Below are positions 1-9,018 of a DNA stretch of 64,000 nt, one piece after another. This DNA is from a virus. Each line of letters starts with the position of its first letter. The stretch's first letter is position 1. The DNA is taken from positions 1-64,000 of the IMG/VR virus record IMGVR_UViG_3300032323_002905; one strand, 5' to 3'. The position numbers were made by a program, and so were the translations under genes. The notes under the pieces were generated by a model. That model searched no databases, was not told the DNA's origin, and saw only the letters and a list, made by a program, of their open reading frames with translations.

Positions 1-506
1 GAAATTACATAAATTCTATTCATCATTTGATTAACTAATGGATTTGGATGATACCCATCATGTTGGTAATATATAGATGAATGATTAAATGCAAAATGAG
101 TATAACCTAAAGCAATACACTGATTATATAGATTCATAAAATCTCCTAATGTATGTCCTTGCATCACTACCATTAATTCAGTTTTTTCAGGTAACTGAGC
201 TTTAAGTGTATTCATCCAATACTTAGCATTTCTATAAGTAATAGCTGTATCATTCCATTCATCAGGGACAATAAAAATATCAGGTTTAATTAGATTAATT
301 TTTTCAATTAAATCTTTTTCAGTGTGAGTCACACCTTCAAATAAACCATTATCACAAATTATAAAACGACCATGTCGTCTAGCTCTTATAAAATATTCTT
401 TATAAGCTGTATGTTTATCAATTAAATGAGGAAGACAATAATCATAATCGTTCCACAAATAAGATTTGTTTAATAAATTGAGAGGGAGTTCGTGTGATAT
501 CTGCAT
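1..506 (-). CDS. Partial (runs off window) TIM-barrel/TGT-like protein, possibly DpdA/queuine tRNA-ribosyltransferase-related
   Basis: Not in ORF track; manual translation from ATG at 506 is open to position 1: MQISHELPLNLLNKSYLWNDYDYCLPHLIDK...GRFIICDNGLFEG...IVPDEWND...MVVMQG; DNG.F, PD and V.QG resemble TGT-family motifs; promoter at 521-551. Confidence 0.45.
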   Translation of the reverse strand, partial: MQISHELPLNLLNKSYLWNDYDYCLPHLIDKHTAYKEYFIRARRHGRFIICDNGLFEGVTHTEKDLIEKINLIKPDIFIVPDEWNDTAITYRNAKYWMNTLKAQLPEKTELMVVMQGHTLGDFMNLYNQCIALGYTHFAFNHSSIYYQHDGYHPNPLVNQMMNRIYVI

Positions 507-520
507 AACTTTATTTTATA

Positions 521-551
521 TAAATATAAAAGATTTTTTTAATTTGCCAAA
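521..551 (-). promoter_or_regulatory. Bacteroidota-type sigma70 promoter (-33 TTTG / -7 TATATTTA)
   Basis: Minus strand TTTG-N19-TATATTTA upstream of ATG at 506. Confidence 0.65.
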
Positions 552-1051
552 CTTAATTTTCTTTGTTCTAACCATTTTGGATAATGTGAAGCTACTTCAG
601 TTAAAGTACCTTCTATTTCTTCAATATATTCATCAACTAAATCTTTAGTACCACCTAAATGATACCTTAATGCTTCTTTAAAATCTTTAATACGATTGAA
701 TTCATCTTTCATCATATCTTCTCTTAAATGTTTTAAACGTTTAGTATATGATACTATAATTTCATCTTCTTTTTCTCGTCTAATGTTGGGGCGTAGATTT
801 TGATTTCTAACAGCTAAAATTTCTTCAGCCATCCAATAATGCTCATAATCTATATGTTTAGCATAAGGAGTATAATCAAAATCTCCATTATCTATTTTGT
901 TTTGTAATGGTTGGTATTTATGGAGATCTTTATGGATTGGAAATCGTCTCCACCAATAAAATTTATTTGCTCCATTCCATTTAGGTTTTTGAGGTGCTTT
1001 AATCTTATGATTATAACCTAATTCTATTAATATATCTTTTACTGTCATCAT
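539..1051 (-). CDS. Hypothetical protein
   Basis: 170-aa ORF, no recognisable motif; start may be the second ATG at 1048. Confidence 0.8.
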   Translation of the reverse strand: MMTVKDILIELGYNHKIKAPQKPKWNGANKFYWWRRFPIHKDLHKYQPLQNKIDNGDFDYTPYAKHIDYEHYWMAEEILAVRNQNLRPNIRREKEDEIIVSYTKRLKHLREDMMKDEFNRIKDFKEALRYHLGGTKDLVDEYIEEIEGTLTEVASHYPKWLEQRKLSLAN

Positions 1052-1052
1052 T

Positions 1053-1084
1053 TAAATATAATAAGGAATGGCCCGAAGGCCAAA
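1053..1084 (-). promoter_or_regulatory. Bacteroidota-type promoter whose spacer contains a TGGCC-TTCG-GGCCA hairpin
   Basis: TTTG-N20-TATATTTA; the cUUCGg hairpin at 1069-1082 could also terminate the upstream operon. Confidence 0.65.
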
Positions 1085-1090
1085 CCTAAT

Positions 1091-2125
1091 TTAAGATAAT
1101 TCTATGGCTGAGATTCTATGTTTTGATGATTTATCATTAAGTAAATGTTTATTGATATAATCAACTATTAATGCTTTAATAAATGACTCAAATTTAGGTG
1201 AATAATATTTATCCATTAATAAACCCATCACATGACTCATTGGTTCTCTTCCTAACTTATACTCATATTTATATAATTTTAAGAACTTATTAATATTATT
1301 TGTTTTAATAAGTGGGGTTATACTATAATAATTGTTATATAATAATAATGTTACTAATACTCTATTTTCTTCAGGTATTTTTGCGTTCGCTAAAATTTCT
1401 AAAGCTAATAATGTATTTTCTGTATCTGAAGATGCGAACATAGATTTTAATGTTTCATATGTTTCCTCATTTAACTCAATACTATCTTCATTAAATTGAT
1501 GTTGTAATGAACTAGCTAAAACAATTTTTTTAGTTGTGGTTAATGAATCAGCGATTTGTTTTAGTTTTGATATAACTAAACTCATTCCTCTTTGTTCCTC
1601 AATTGTAATAGTTAATTTATTATCTCTATTACTATATAACCATAAATTTACAATTTGATAATAAGATTTAATAGTTGGATTTGTGTTTTTAAAGTGACTG
1701 TTATTATATCTTATAACATAATCTTTTTCTCCAATACATGCCTCACTATTATATACACTTACAAATGAATCATTACTATGTAATCTATCTTTTATATTAC
1801 AAGGTAAAAATAAATATTCTGCTAATTTTGATTCTTTTACTTTATCATTAAACCAAATATCATCTATTACTAATGTATTAGCTTTAGACTCATCTGTTAC
1901 TCGTTTAAATTTAACTCGTTCATTTAAGTCTTTTAATTTATCTCTAGTAATATTATCTTTACCAAAACAAACTATATCTCCATCTTCAATTTTATTATTT
2001 TTAAAATTGAGTAAATTAGCTTTGTAAGTATTAACATCTGAAGCTTGTAAATAGCCATATAAGGTATTTGAATCTATAACAGTGTTTTTTTGGTTAAACC
2101 AACCATTTTTATAAAAATATATCAT
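1091..2125 (-). CDS. Hypothetical protein (possible BRCT-like segment; partner of AAA+/VWA block)
   Basis: 344 aa; ITRDKLKDL...KANTLVI is loosely BRCT-like; shares a 31-aa motif with 3388..3633. Confidence 0.7.
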   Translation of the reverse strand: MIYFYKNGWFNQKNTVIDSNTLYGYLQASDVNTYKANLLNFKNNKIEDGDIVCFGKDNITRDKLKDLNERVKFKRVTDESKANTLVIDDIWFNDKVKESKLAEYLFLPCNIKDRLHSNDSFVSVYNSEACIGEKDYVIRYNNSHFKNTNPTIKSYYQIVNLWLYSNRDNKLTITIEEQRGMSLVISKLKQIADSLTTTKKIVLASSLQHQFNEDSIELNEETYETLKSMFASSDTENTLLALEILANAKIPEENRVLVTLLLYNNYYSITPLIKTNNINKFLKLYKYEYKLGREPMSHVMGLLMDKYYSPKFESFIKALIVDYINKHLLNDKSSKHRISAIELS

Positions 2126-2129
2126 TTTC

Positions 2130-3344
2130 TTACTTCATTAAATATGAAACCAACTCTTTCTTTAACATTAAGCTTTTAAACTTATTAGCATCACCATTAT
2201 AGATTGACTTTACAATATGGTATTTTAAATCAACTGCAAATATATCTCCTATAATAATCTCTTTGATTCGATTAATTAAACTATCATCTATCTTATTATC
2301 ACTAGCATAAAATAAACTATAATTGATTAATCGGGTTGCTAATGTTGAGGCAATATCTGCTCTATAATTTTTGTCAGATCCAATACATCCTTTTAATTCA
2401 CCTAAAATATATTTTTCATTGTCATGAAATAATACATCATGTATTTTTACTAATTTATCTAATTTATTATTGATAAACATTGTGAACATACTTGCGAATT
2501 CAACACCAACACTACCTTCTCCAATCATTTGAATTAATGGTAATGACTTATCAAATGATTCTAATGATGATATTGAATTAAAAAACATTGATGTACTTCT
2601 TGGATTGACATTTTTGTTAATTAGTTCAGGATGTAGTAACATAAAATTGATACATCTGTTATCTAATTGATTTTGTTCAGCCCATTCAGCCCAACATGAA
2701 ACATCATATTTTAAATTAACTGAGATAAATCGTGTTTTTTGAGCGGAGTCAATTGAGTTAACAATATAATCATCTGTATCAGGATTACTTGTTAATATGA
2801 TATGCCAATCTTTAGGTAGTTTCCAGCTAATGTATTCTTGTCTATCAATTAACTCCATTACAGCTTGTATGAATCTCATATCAGCTCTATTCCAGTCATC
2901 TAATAATAGAATTCCACCTTTTGTTTTACCACTAATCCACTCAGGTGGACAATAACTCATTCGATTTTTACCTGTAAATTTATACCCTAATTTAGTGTAT
3001 TCATCTACTGCGTGTTCATCAATCCAAACACATTTCTCTTCCTCGTTTTGACACACTTCAAATTGTCTGATTGGAAAACCTACTATGTCTCCTAATTCTT
3101 CGATTTGAGCTAAATTTAACTTAACAAAATCTACATTCAACTCTTTTGATAATTGAATAATTGATGATGTTTTTCCAATACCACTTTCTCCTACTACTTC
3201 GACACTCACTACTGGTTTGCCTTGTTCCTGAAGAAATCGATTGTTACTAACAATGTGATTTAGGAATGATTTTAAATCCTTTGGATTTAGGGACACTTGA
3301 TTTGATGATGAAGTCTCCGTACTTTTTTTAGAACCTTTTGCCAT
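2130..3344 (-). CDS. MoxR/AAA_5-type AAA+ ATPase
   Basis: Walker A GESGIGKT, Walker B ILLLDDWNR, sensor-1 LTSNP, arginine finger AQKTRF. Confidence 0.9.
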   Translation of the reverse strand: MAKGSKKSTETSSSNQVSLNPKDLKSFLNHIVSNNRFLQEQGKPVVSVEVVGESGIGKTSSIIQLSKELNVDFVKLNLAQIEELGDIVGFPIRQFEVCQNEEEKCVWIDEHAVDEYTKLGYKFTGKNRMSYCPPEWISGKTKGGILLLDDWNRADMRFIQAVMELIDRQEYISWKLPKDWHIILTSNPDTDDYIVNSIDSAQKTRFISVNLKYDVSCWAEWAEQNQLDNRCINFMLLHPELINKNVNPRSTSMFFNSISSLESFDKSLPLIQMIGEGSVGVEFASMFTMFINNKLDKLVKIHDVLFHDNEKYILGELKGCIGSDKNYRADIASTLATRLINYSLFYASDNKIDDSLINRIKEIIIGDIFAVDLKYHIVKSIYNGDANKFKSLMLKKELVSYLMK

Positions 3345-3371
3345 AATTTTTATCTTTTATTTCTTAATACC

Positions 3372-3403
3372 TAAATATAACATCAATCTATTGGGAAGCC
3401 AAA
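3372..3403 (-). promoter_or_regulatory. Bacteroidota-type promoter
   Basis: TTTG-N20-TATATTTA upstream of AAA+ ATPase. Confidence 0.65.
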
Positions 3404-3633
3404 CTTTCGGGATCATACAGTTTAATGTTATTTTTATATAATTCAATGAACTTACCCCAACTGTGCACATCAATTACTAATTGATATAACTCTGTTTTAG
3501 TTGCTTTAATATCAGCTTGTTCATCACTTAAGTTAAATAGAATGGCCATAGCTATTACTAGATTGTCATGGTCGTCTGATTTAATCATACTGATTAATCG
3601 TTCAACAGATTCAAGATTAAATTCTAATTCCAT
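3388..3633 (-). CDS. Small hypothetical helical protein
   Basis: 81 aa, L..M..S.D..N...A..IL.N motif shared with 1091..2125. Confidence 0.75.
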   Translation of the reverse strand: MELEFNLESVERLISMIKSDDHDNLVIAMAILFNLSDEQADIKATKTELYQLVIDVHSWGKFIELYKNNIKLYDPESLASQ

Positions 3634-3634
3634 A

Positions 3635-4807
3635 TTAATTCATGTATACTACTTTGCCTGGAAATTTTGATGTTTTAGTTTCACCATCACTTGTCATTAC
3701 CCACAACATTGGACGTTTAGGAGGTGTAGGAGCAGGTGCATAACCGTCTGTGAAAAATACTAACGTATTATATGTTTGAATATTTTTATTAAAATAATCA
3801 ATTGCAGGTTGAAAATCTGTTCCTCCTCTACCTGTAATAGCAATCTCTTTATCTCCTTTATATTTAAATATATTAGTAATTTTAGCATCACACTCCATTA
3901 CTGTTACTTCATGACCTGTTTTATGGATATGTAGTAATTGACCTAAAAACTCAACTAAATTATCACTACTAACTGAGCCTGAAGTATCAATTGCTACTAA
4001 TATATTTTTCTTATGTTTAATTTTTAAAGCTGGGTTGCCTGGAAAACGTTTATTGTATTTGTTTCTAGATTTTTTAGTAACTACTTTATCAGATGATGAT
4101 ACAAAACGTTTAAAATATGATTTCCAATCAGTAACTGGCTTTGGTATTTCAAATAAACTATCAATCCATTCTACTAATGTACCCGGTAATGTACCTCTAA
4201 AATTAGAACCTTTTTTATCTAAATGTTCAGCAATCTCTTTTACTTGATGTTCTAATTGTTTACCAATTAATTTTCTAGTTGCTTCATCCATATTTGGATC
4301 GCCCCACATTTCATGACCATCAGCAAATTCACTACTATCATCTCCTAATCCATCAAGCCATTCTTGAACTTGAGGACAAGTTGATGCTTTATCTTTAATC
4401 ATATCATAATAAACTCTTGTACCTGCTTTTTCAGGTAAAACTAAATTAGGAACTGAAGTTAAACCTAACCAATCCTTTGATTTGTTTTGTTCGTCTATAA
4501 ATTGATTGATTTCTATATCTGCAGCTATGTTTCTTAGTTTAGCATCAGGATACATTGTTGTGTCTAATAGGAAGTGATGAAACATGATATGTAATAATTC
4601 ATGTTTTAATAATCCTATTCGTTGAAGTTCAGGTAATGAATTCCAATACTCCGGATTAATTTCTAAAGATTGGTTAATACCTTGTAATGATACACAAGCA
4701 GTTGGGATCTGTGTGTTTTCTCGTTTATTTAATGTTAATAAGAACAAACCATAAAATGGTTCATCTAACATTAATTTCTTGGCTATTTTACTTAAATCTA
4801 TATTCAT
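3635..4807 (-). CDS. DUF2201-type metallopeptidase + VWA domain protein
   Basis: HELLH (HExxH), NIAADIEINQ, VWA MIDAS DTSGS, RGGTDF, FFTDG. Confidence 0.9.
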   Translation of the reverse strand: MNIDLSKIAKKLMLDEPFYGLFLLTLNKRENTQIPTACVSLQGINQSLEINPEYWNSLPELQRIGLLKHELLHIMFHHFLLDTTMYPDAKLRNIAADIEINQFIDEQNKSKDWLGLTSVPNLVLPEKAGTRVYYDMIKDKASTCPQVQEWLDGLGDDSSEFADGHEMWGDPNMDEATRKLIGKQLEHQVKEIAEHLDKKGSNFRGTLPGTLVEWIDSLFEIPKPVTDWKSYFKRFVSSSDKVVTKKSRNKYNKRFPGNPALKIKHKKNILVAIDTSGSVSSDNLVEFLGQLLHIHKTGHEVTVMECDAKITNIFKYKGDKEIAITGRGGTDFQPAIDYFNKNIQTYNTLVFFTDGYAPAPTPPKRPMLWVMTSDGETKTSKFPGKVVYMN

Positions 4808-4811
4808 ATCC

Positions 4812-4843
4812 TAAACATAACAAAGATATTTAGGAAAGCCAAG
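4812..4843 (-). promoter_or_regulatory. Bacteroidota-type promoter, probably giving a leaderless mRNA
   Basis: CTTG-N20-TATGTTTA ending 4 nt before ATG at 4807. Confidence 0.55.
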
Positions 4844-4844
4844 C

Positions 4845-5048
4845 CTATCGTAAAGTTTGAGTACCTTTTGTGTGTTGTGGATGGTAAGGACAATGTCGAC
4901 AACCATTTCCACAACAATAACCACGATTAATAAGAAAATGGGCCGTGAGAACACGGTACCCATTTTCTATGTAATAATCTTGAGTATTATTGGATTTCGC
5001 AATTTCCTCCGGCACATGCGAGTTCGTCTTGTCTTGCTGTGTTGTCAT
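4845..5048 (-). CDS. DUF5522-like small Cys-rich protein
   Basis: DYYIENG..VLT..FL..RGYCCGNGCRHCPY; start uncertain (overlaps nrdJ by 62 nt). Confidence 0.7.
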   Translation of the reverse strand: MTTQQDKTNSHVPEEIAKSNNTQDYYIENGYRVLTAHFLINRGYCCGNGCRHCPYHPQHTKGTQTLR

Positions 5049-6840
5049 TCATTTCTATTACTTTAGATAAGTCAATGTTATGTAAACTTTTTACCATTTC
5101 ATTAAATTTGTTCTCATCTATGGTTTCAAATGGTGCTTGAACGTAAGTGTGATCTGAATGTGGTAGGAATGATAATGCTGTAAAGTATTCTTTGTTTTCA
5201 AATACCCATTCTCCAATTGTATCCCACTCATCAGGTTTAATAGTTACAGTTGCAGAAACATTATGCATGTTAGAGCCTCTTCTATGACCTGGTTTAATCC
5301 ATTCTTTATTAATTTTCTTAATACGTTCTAATAAATCAAGAGCTGATTCTGAACGTGTAATTGCTCCTTGAGGTGCTTTTTGTGGAACTGAAATTACTGC
5401 TTGAATAGTTGGTTTAAAGAAATCATCTTCTAATAATTCTGGATGATAGATACTTAAATAAGTATATAATGCTTCATTTTTACCTACTCTAATTCTTCTA
5501 GCATAAAACTCATCGTGCCAAGCGTGAATTCCAGATGAAGTACCTAATACTAAACTTGTAGTACCTGATGGTTTAACTGTTGTAACACGAGCTGCTTTAT
5601 TAATACCTAATAATTTAGCTACACGTTCGTTTTCTTCAACTGCTACTTTAGCTGCTTCTTTCATGTTTAATTTTAAAACAGCTCCTGAAGCGATACCTGT
5701 CATTCCGATACCTAATAATGCTTCCTTTTCAGTTGTTTTCTTCCAAACATCTCTTAAGTAATGAAAATCAGTATATGAAGCTTGTAACGTTCCGATAAAC
5801 GCTGCTGCTTTTGCTCTATCGTTATATTCTTCTTGTGTCTCAATATCTGAAGCATTGATTTCACATAAGTTACAGAATTGATTTGGTTTTAAATTAATTT
5901 CAGCACATGGATTTGTTCCTGCATCTTTATCATTTGAGAATAAGAAACCAGGCTCACCACTGTTACTCAATTCAATTTTTTTCCATAATTCTAAAAACGT
6001 ATTTTTTTCAATTTTAGAACGTAACAACATTGCTGAGTTATTTGCTCTTCCACGTTGTGGATTTTCTTCCCACCAATTTCCAAATTTACAAGTTAACATT
6101 TCTTCATCATCTAAATTAAATAATGAAATTAATGCTGCTCTTCTAATACCACCTGATAATACAGCGTCAGCTAAGTGGCAAATAATATCATGACATTCTA
6201 ATGATGATAATTTTTGACCATCTTGTTTTCTGTCTAAAATAGCTTGTACGTGTGTTAAAGCAATTTTTAATGGTTCTGGACCTGGTGCTTTACCTCCTAC
6301 AGTAATTAATTCAGCTCCTTTAGGACGAATATCTCTAAAGTCAAAAGCAGGTGCTGCACCTCCTCTTAAGTAAGCTTTCATTAATACCTTAACAGCATCA
6401 GCCCATCCTTCAATTGAGTCACCAACTAAATATCTTTTAGATTTTAATGGTTTTCTAACTTCAGGTAATTTTTCGATGTGATGTTGTTGTACTGAATAAC
6501 CTACTCCACATCCTGAAAGTAATAAGAACATAATTTCAGAAAATGATGCTAAATCATCAATTGGTAAATAAGAACAATTGAATATTCTTGAATTGTTTAT
6601 TTGAATTGGTTTACCACCAAATTGTAAACTACGCATTGAAGGTAATACCTTTTTGTCATACACAAATTTATACGCCCACTCAATTTCTTCTTTTAATGCT
6701 GGATACTTTTCAGTATGCATTTCTTTGTTTCGGGTAACTAATTCGTCCCAAGTTTCTCTTCTTTGTACTTCGGGTAAGTACTTCGCGTACTTAAGGTGGG
6801 TAGTAATCTCACTCAGAATTTGTGATTCTAATGTCAACAT
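4987..6840 (-). CDS. nrdJ: Class II (adenosylcobalamin-dependent) ribonucleotide reductase
   Basis: RRETW, PSMRSL, FNCSY, GGIRRAA, TNPCAEI catalytic loop, VKPSGT, C-terminal CAGGNC; no beta subunit gene nearby. Confidence 0.92.
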   Translation of the reverse strand: MLTLESQILSEITTHLKYAKYLPEVQRRETWDELVTRNKEMHTEKYPALKEEIEWAYKFVYDKKVLPSMRSLQFGGKPIQINNSRIFNCSYLPIDDLASFSEIMFLLLSGCGVGYSVQQHHIEKLPEVRKPLKSKRYLVGDSIEGWADAVKVLMKAYLRGGAAPAFDFRDIRPKGAELITVGGKAPGPEPLKIALTHVQAILDRKQDGQKLSSLECHDIICHLADAVLSGGIRRAALISLFNLDDEEMLTCKFGNWWEENPQRGRANNSAMLLRSKIEKNTFLELWKKIELSNSGEPGFLFSNDKDAGTNPCAEINLKPNQFCNLCEINASDIETQEEYNDRAKAAAFIGTLQASYTDFHYLRDVWKKTTEKEALLGIGMTGIASGAVLKLNMKEAAKVAVEENERVAKLLGINKAARVTTVKPSGTTSLVLGTSSGIHAWHDEFYARRIRVGKNEALYTYLSIYHPELLEDDFFKPTIQAVISVPQKAPQGAITRSESALDLLERIKKINKEWIKPGHRRGSNMHNVSATVTIKPDEWDTIGEWVFENKEYFTALSFLPHSDHTYVQAPFETIDENKFNEMVKSLHNIDLSKVIEMNDNTARQDELACAGGNCEIQ

Positions 6841-6863
6841 GTTTAAATAAAATTTTAAATTAA

Positions 6864-7127
6864 CTAATTAAATAATTTGTTGTCTAATTCCGTCATTTGA
6901 AGATATAAAATGAAATCATTAAATACTTCTTGTTTTGATTCTGTTAGACTAGAAGCATGTGATTTTAATGCTTCCAGAGTAATAACTGGTTTGTTTGATT
7001 CTACAATCAACTGTTTATACGAGTTTAGGGTCTCGTTAATTAGATCGGGATTCTCATCTCCGAAGGAATAACTATCTTCGATATACTCAGTAATTAGCTT
7101 GTTGATATAATTTTGCTCTAATTTCAT
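6864..7127 (-). CDS. Hypothetical acidic protein (possible internal head protein)
   Basis: 87 aa with ITE, INE, IVE, LTE motifs; lies downstream of a late-type motif. Confidence 0.7.
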   Translation of the reverse strand: MKLEQNYINKLITEYIEDSYSFGDENPDLINETLNSYKQLIVESNKPVITLEALKSHASSLTESKQEVFNDFILYLQMTELDNKLFN

Positions 7128-7603
7128 AGTAAGTTTATTTTTTTAACTTCATTAATAATATATCTTGCAAAACTAATTAGTTGTTCTTTTAAAGCTTTTA
7201 GTAACGCTTTCTTTTGTTGACCTATTCTTAAACCTTCAAATGGAGTTTCAACATGCTTCATTTCTGGTTCTAGATATTGTCTATAAGCTTTACCTGCTAA
7301 AAATATGAACTTATCATTATCTAAACTATAACCTTTTTCTTTGATTTGTTTTAAAACGATATCGGCCCATTCTTTACGTTTATCAGATGGCATATCTTTT
7401 AAAGTTAAATCATATGGTGCTAATGTTTTATTATGAGGTACTAAATGATGTTTTGCAGATACAATATATATGTTTTTTTCGTCAGCATGTTTTTTAGCAT
7501 ATTCCCAATTTTTCTGAAATAAATCAGATGAGTAAAACTGATAAGCGGGAGCTGGTTTACTCAATTTTGTTGCGGAACAAGCTATTAATACTACTGTAGA
7601 CAT
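7124..7603 (-). CDS. DUF6884-like (YaaA-related) protein
   Basis: IACSATK..PA..FYSS.LF, IVSAKHHL, PYDLTL, LAGKAY, PFEGLRIGQQ; C-terminal extension ALKEQ..IINEV. Confidence 0.7.
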   Translation of the reverse strand: MSTVVLIACSATKLSKPAPAYQFYSSDLFQKNWEYAKKHADEKNIYIVSAKHHLVPHNKTLAPYDLTLKDMPSDKRKEWADIVLKQIKEKGYSLDNDKFIFLAGKAYRQYLEPEMKHVETPFEGLRIGQQKKALLKALKEQLISFARYIINEVKKINLL

Positions 7604-7619
7604 ATTTTCTGTTTGTGAT

Positions 7620-7628
7620 GATAAATAT
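7620..7628 (-). promoter_or_regulatory. Late-type motif ATATTTATC
   Basis: Variant of the recurrent ATATTTATA motif, 16 nt upstream of ATG 7603. Confidence 0.45.
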
Positions 7629-7634
7629 TAAACC

Positions 7635-9011
7635 TTATTTCCCTAATTCAAAAAATTTCTGACTTAGTAACTGCTTATCCATAAAATCAAAATTAGTACT
7701 TGGTGATAAACCTGCTGGTCTAAAGCCTTGTTCTGGTTCTGAATCCTCAATATGCATTTCAGCTGTATTAATGTCTATATGACCTGTAGATGTATCAATT
7801 TTAGCGTTAAATGTCATACCATCCATACCGTATCTGTTCTTCATAATATGAACTCTACCTGTACCGTTTGTTTTATCTAAACGTTTTCTTGATAATGACA
7901 TTGCAAAATCAGCAATCATCATTTTATCATATGAACCTGCGGCTTTATCGCCTTCAATTACATCATCTTTAGCACCTGCGCGATTTACTTGAGACACTGA
8001 CCAAATTGGTAAATTTAATTCTCTTGCTAATCCTTTAGTACTTACATATAAATCATCTACTTCATCCTTACGTTCACCTTTTAAACGTTTAGAGCGCAAT
8101 AAATCAATATAGTCAATAATAACTAAGTCTGGTTTGAAATCTAATTCAATACATTTCTTAATATGTGACTCAACCATTGAAGTTGTTGCTTTACCCATCG
8201 GAAACTCTTTAATAATTAAATTACCTGGTAAATTTGGTACAATATCTTCGATTTCTTTTCTATGTTTTGCAATATTTTGTACTGGTTTATTAGTAAAAAA
8301 TGCATCATAACGTCTTCCTACATAATCTTCGCCTAATTCTAGTGTATAATGTATAACGTTATATCCTAATTTAACTGCATTACCGCCTAACGCAACTAAC
8401 GACCATGATTTACCTCCGCCTGGATTACCAAATATAATACCTAAGTCACCGCCTCCTAAACCACCTTGTAATAATATATTTAAATGGTCCCAAGGTGTCG
8501 GAACAAATGAGCGATTATCTTCTCTATATCGAGATTCAGTATCTTTATTGTATTCGTGACCTAAATTTTTGTCTTGTCCTGCTTTAAGCGCGTTATTAAC
8601 CAATAACCTAATAGAGTCATAATCTCCGGCGTTAAGTAAATCAACGCTGTTTAATAGAGCTCTCTTCAGTTGTTGGTTTCTACAGAAATTAGAAAATTCA
8701 TTTTCTACATATTCTAAATCATCGTCTGATGATGTATATGCTTCTTTTAATTGTTCTTTAATAGATACTTGTAATACTTCGTTAGTTAATTTTTTTAACT
8801 CAACTTTAAGTACTTCCATACTTGGTGTGGTATGGTATTTGTAATAGTAATCTAGAATTTGCTTAATAATCCATTTGTGACCTTGATTTGAAAAATATTC
8901 GTCAGTCAATAAATCATGAATGTTTACTAAAAATTCTTTACGAGTTAATAAAGCTGATATAACTTTAATTTGAAATCCCGTCCCATACTGATCTATCGTT
9001 TGTAATGTCAT
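7635..9011 (-). CDS. Replicative DnaB/T4 gp41-like helicase
   Basis: Walker A GNPGGGKS, YTLEL, IIDYIDLL, SQVNR, MKNRYG. Confidence 0.92.
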   Translation of the reverse strand: MTLQTIDQYGTGFQIKVISALLTRKEFLVNIHDLLTDEYFSNQGHKWIIKQILDYYYKYHTTPSMEVLKVELKKLTNEVLQVSIKEQLKEAYTSSDDDLEYVENEFSNFCRNQQLKRALLNSVDLLNAGDYDSIRLLVNNALKAGQDKNLGHEYNKDTESRYREDNRSFVPTPWDHLNILLQGGLGGGDLGIIFGNPGGGKSWSLVALGGNAVKLGYNVIHYTLELGEDYVGRRYDAFFTNKPVQNIAKHRKEIEDIVPNLPGNLIIKEFPMGKATTSMVESHIKKCIELDFKPDLVIIDYIDLLRSKRLKGERKDEVDDLYVSTKGLARELNLPIWSVSQVNRAGAKDDVIEGDKAAGSYDKMMIADFAMSLSRKRLDKTNGTGRVHIMKNRYGMDGMTFNAKIDTSTGHIDINTAEMHIEDSEPEQGFRPAGLSPSTNFDFMDKQLLSQKFFELGK

Positions 9012-9018
9012 AACTTAT

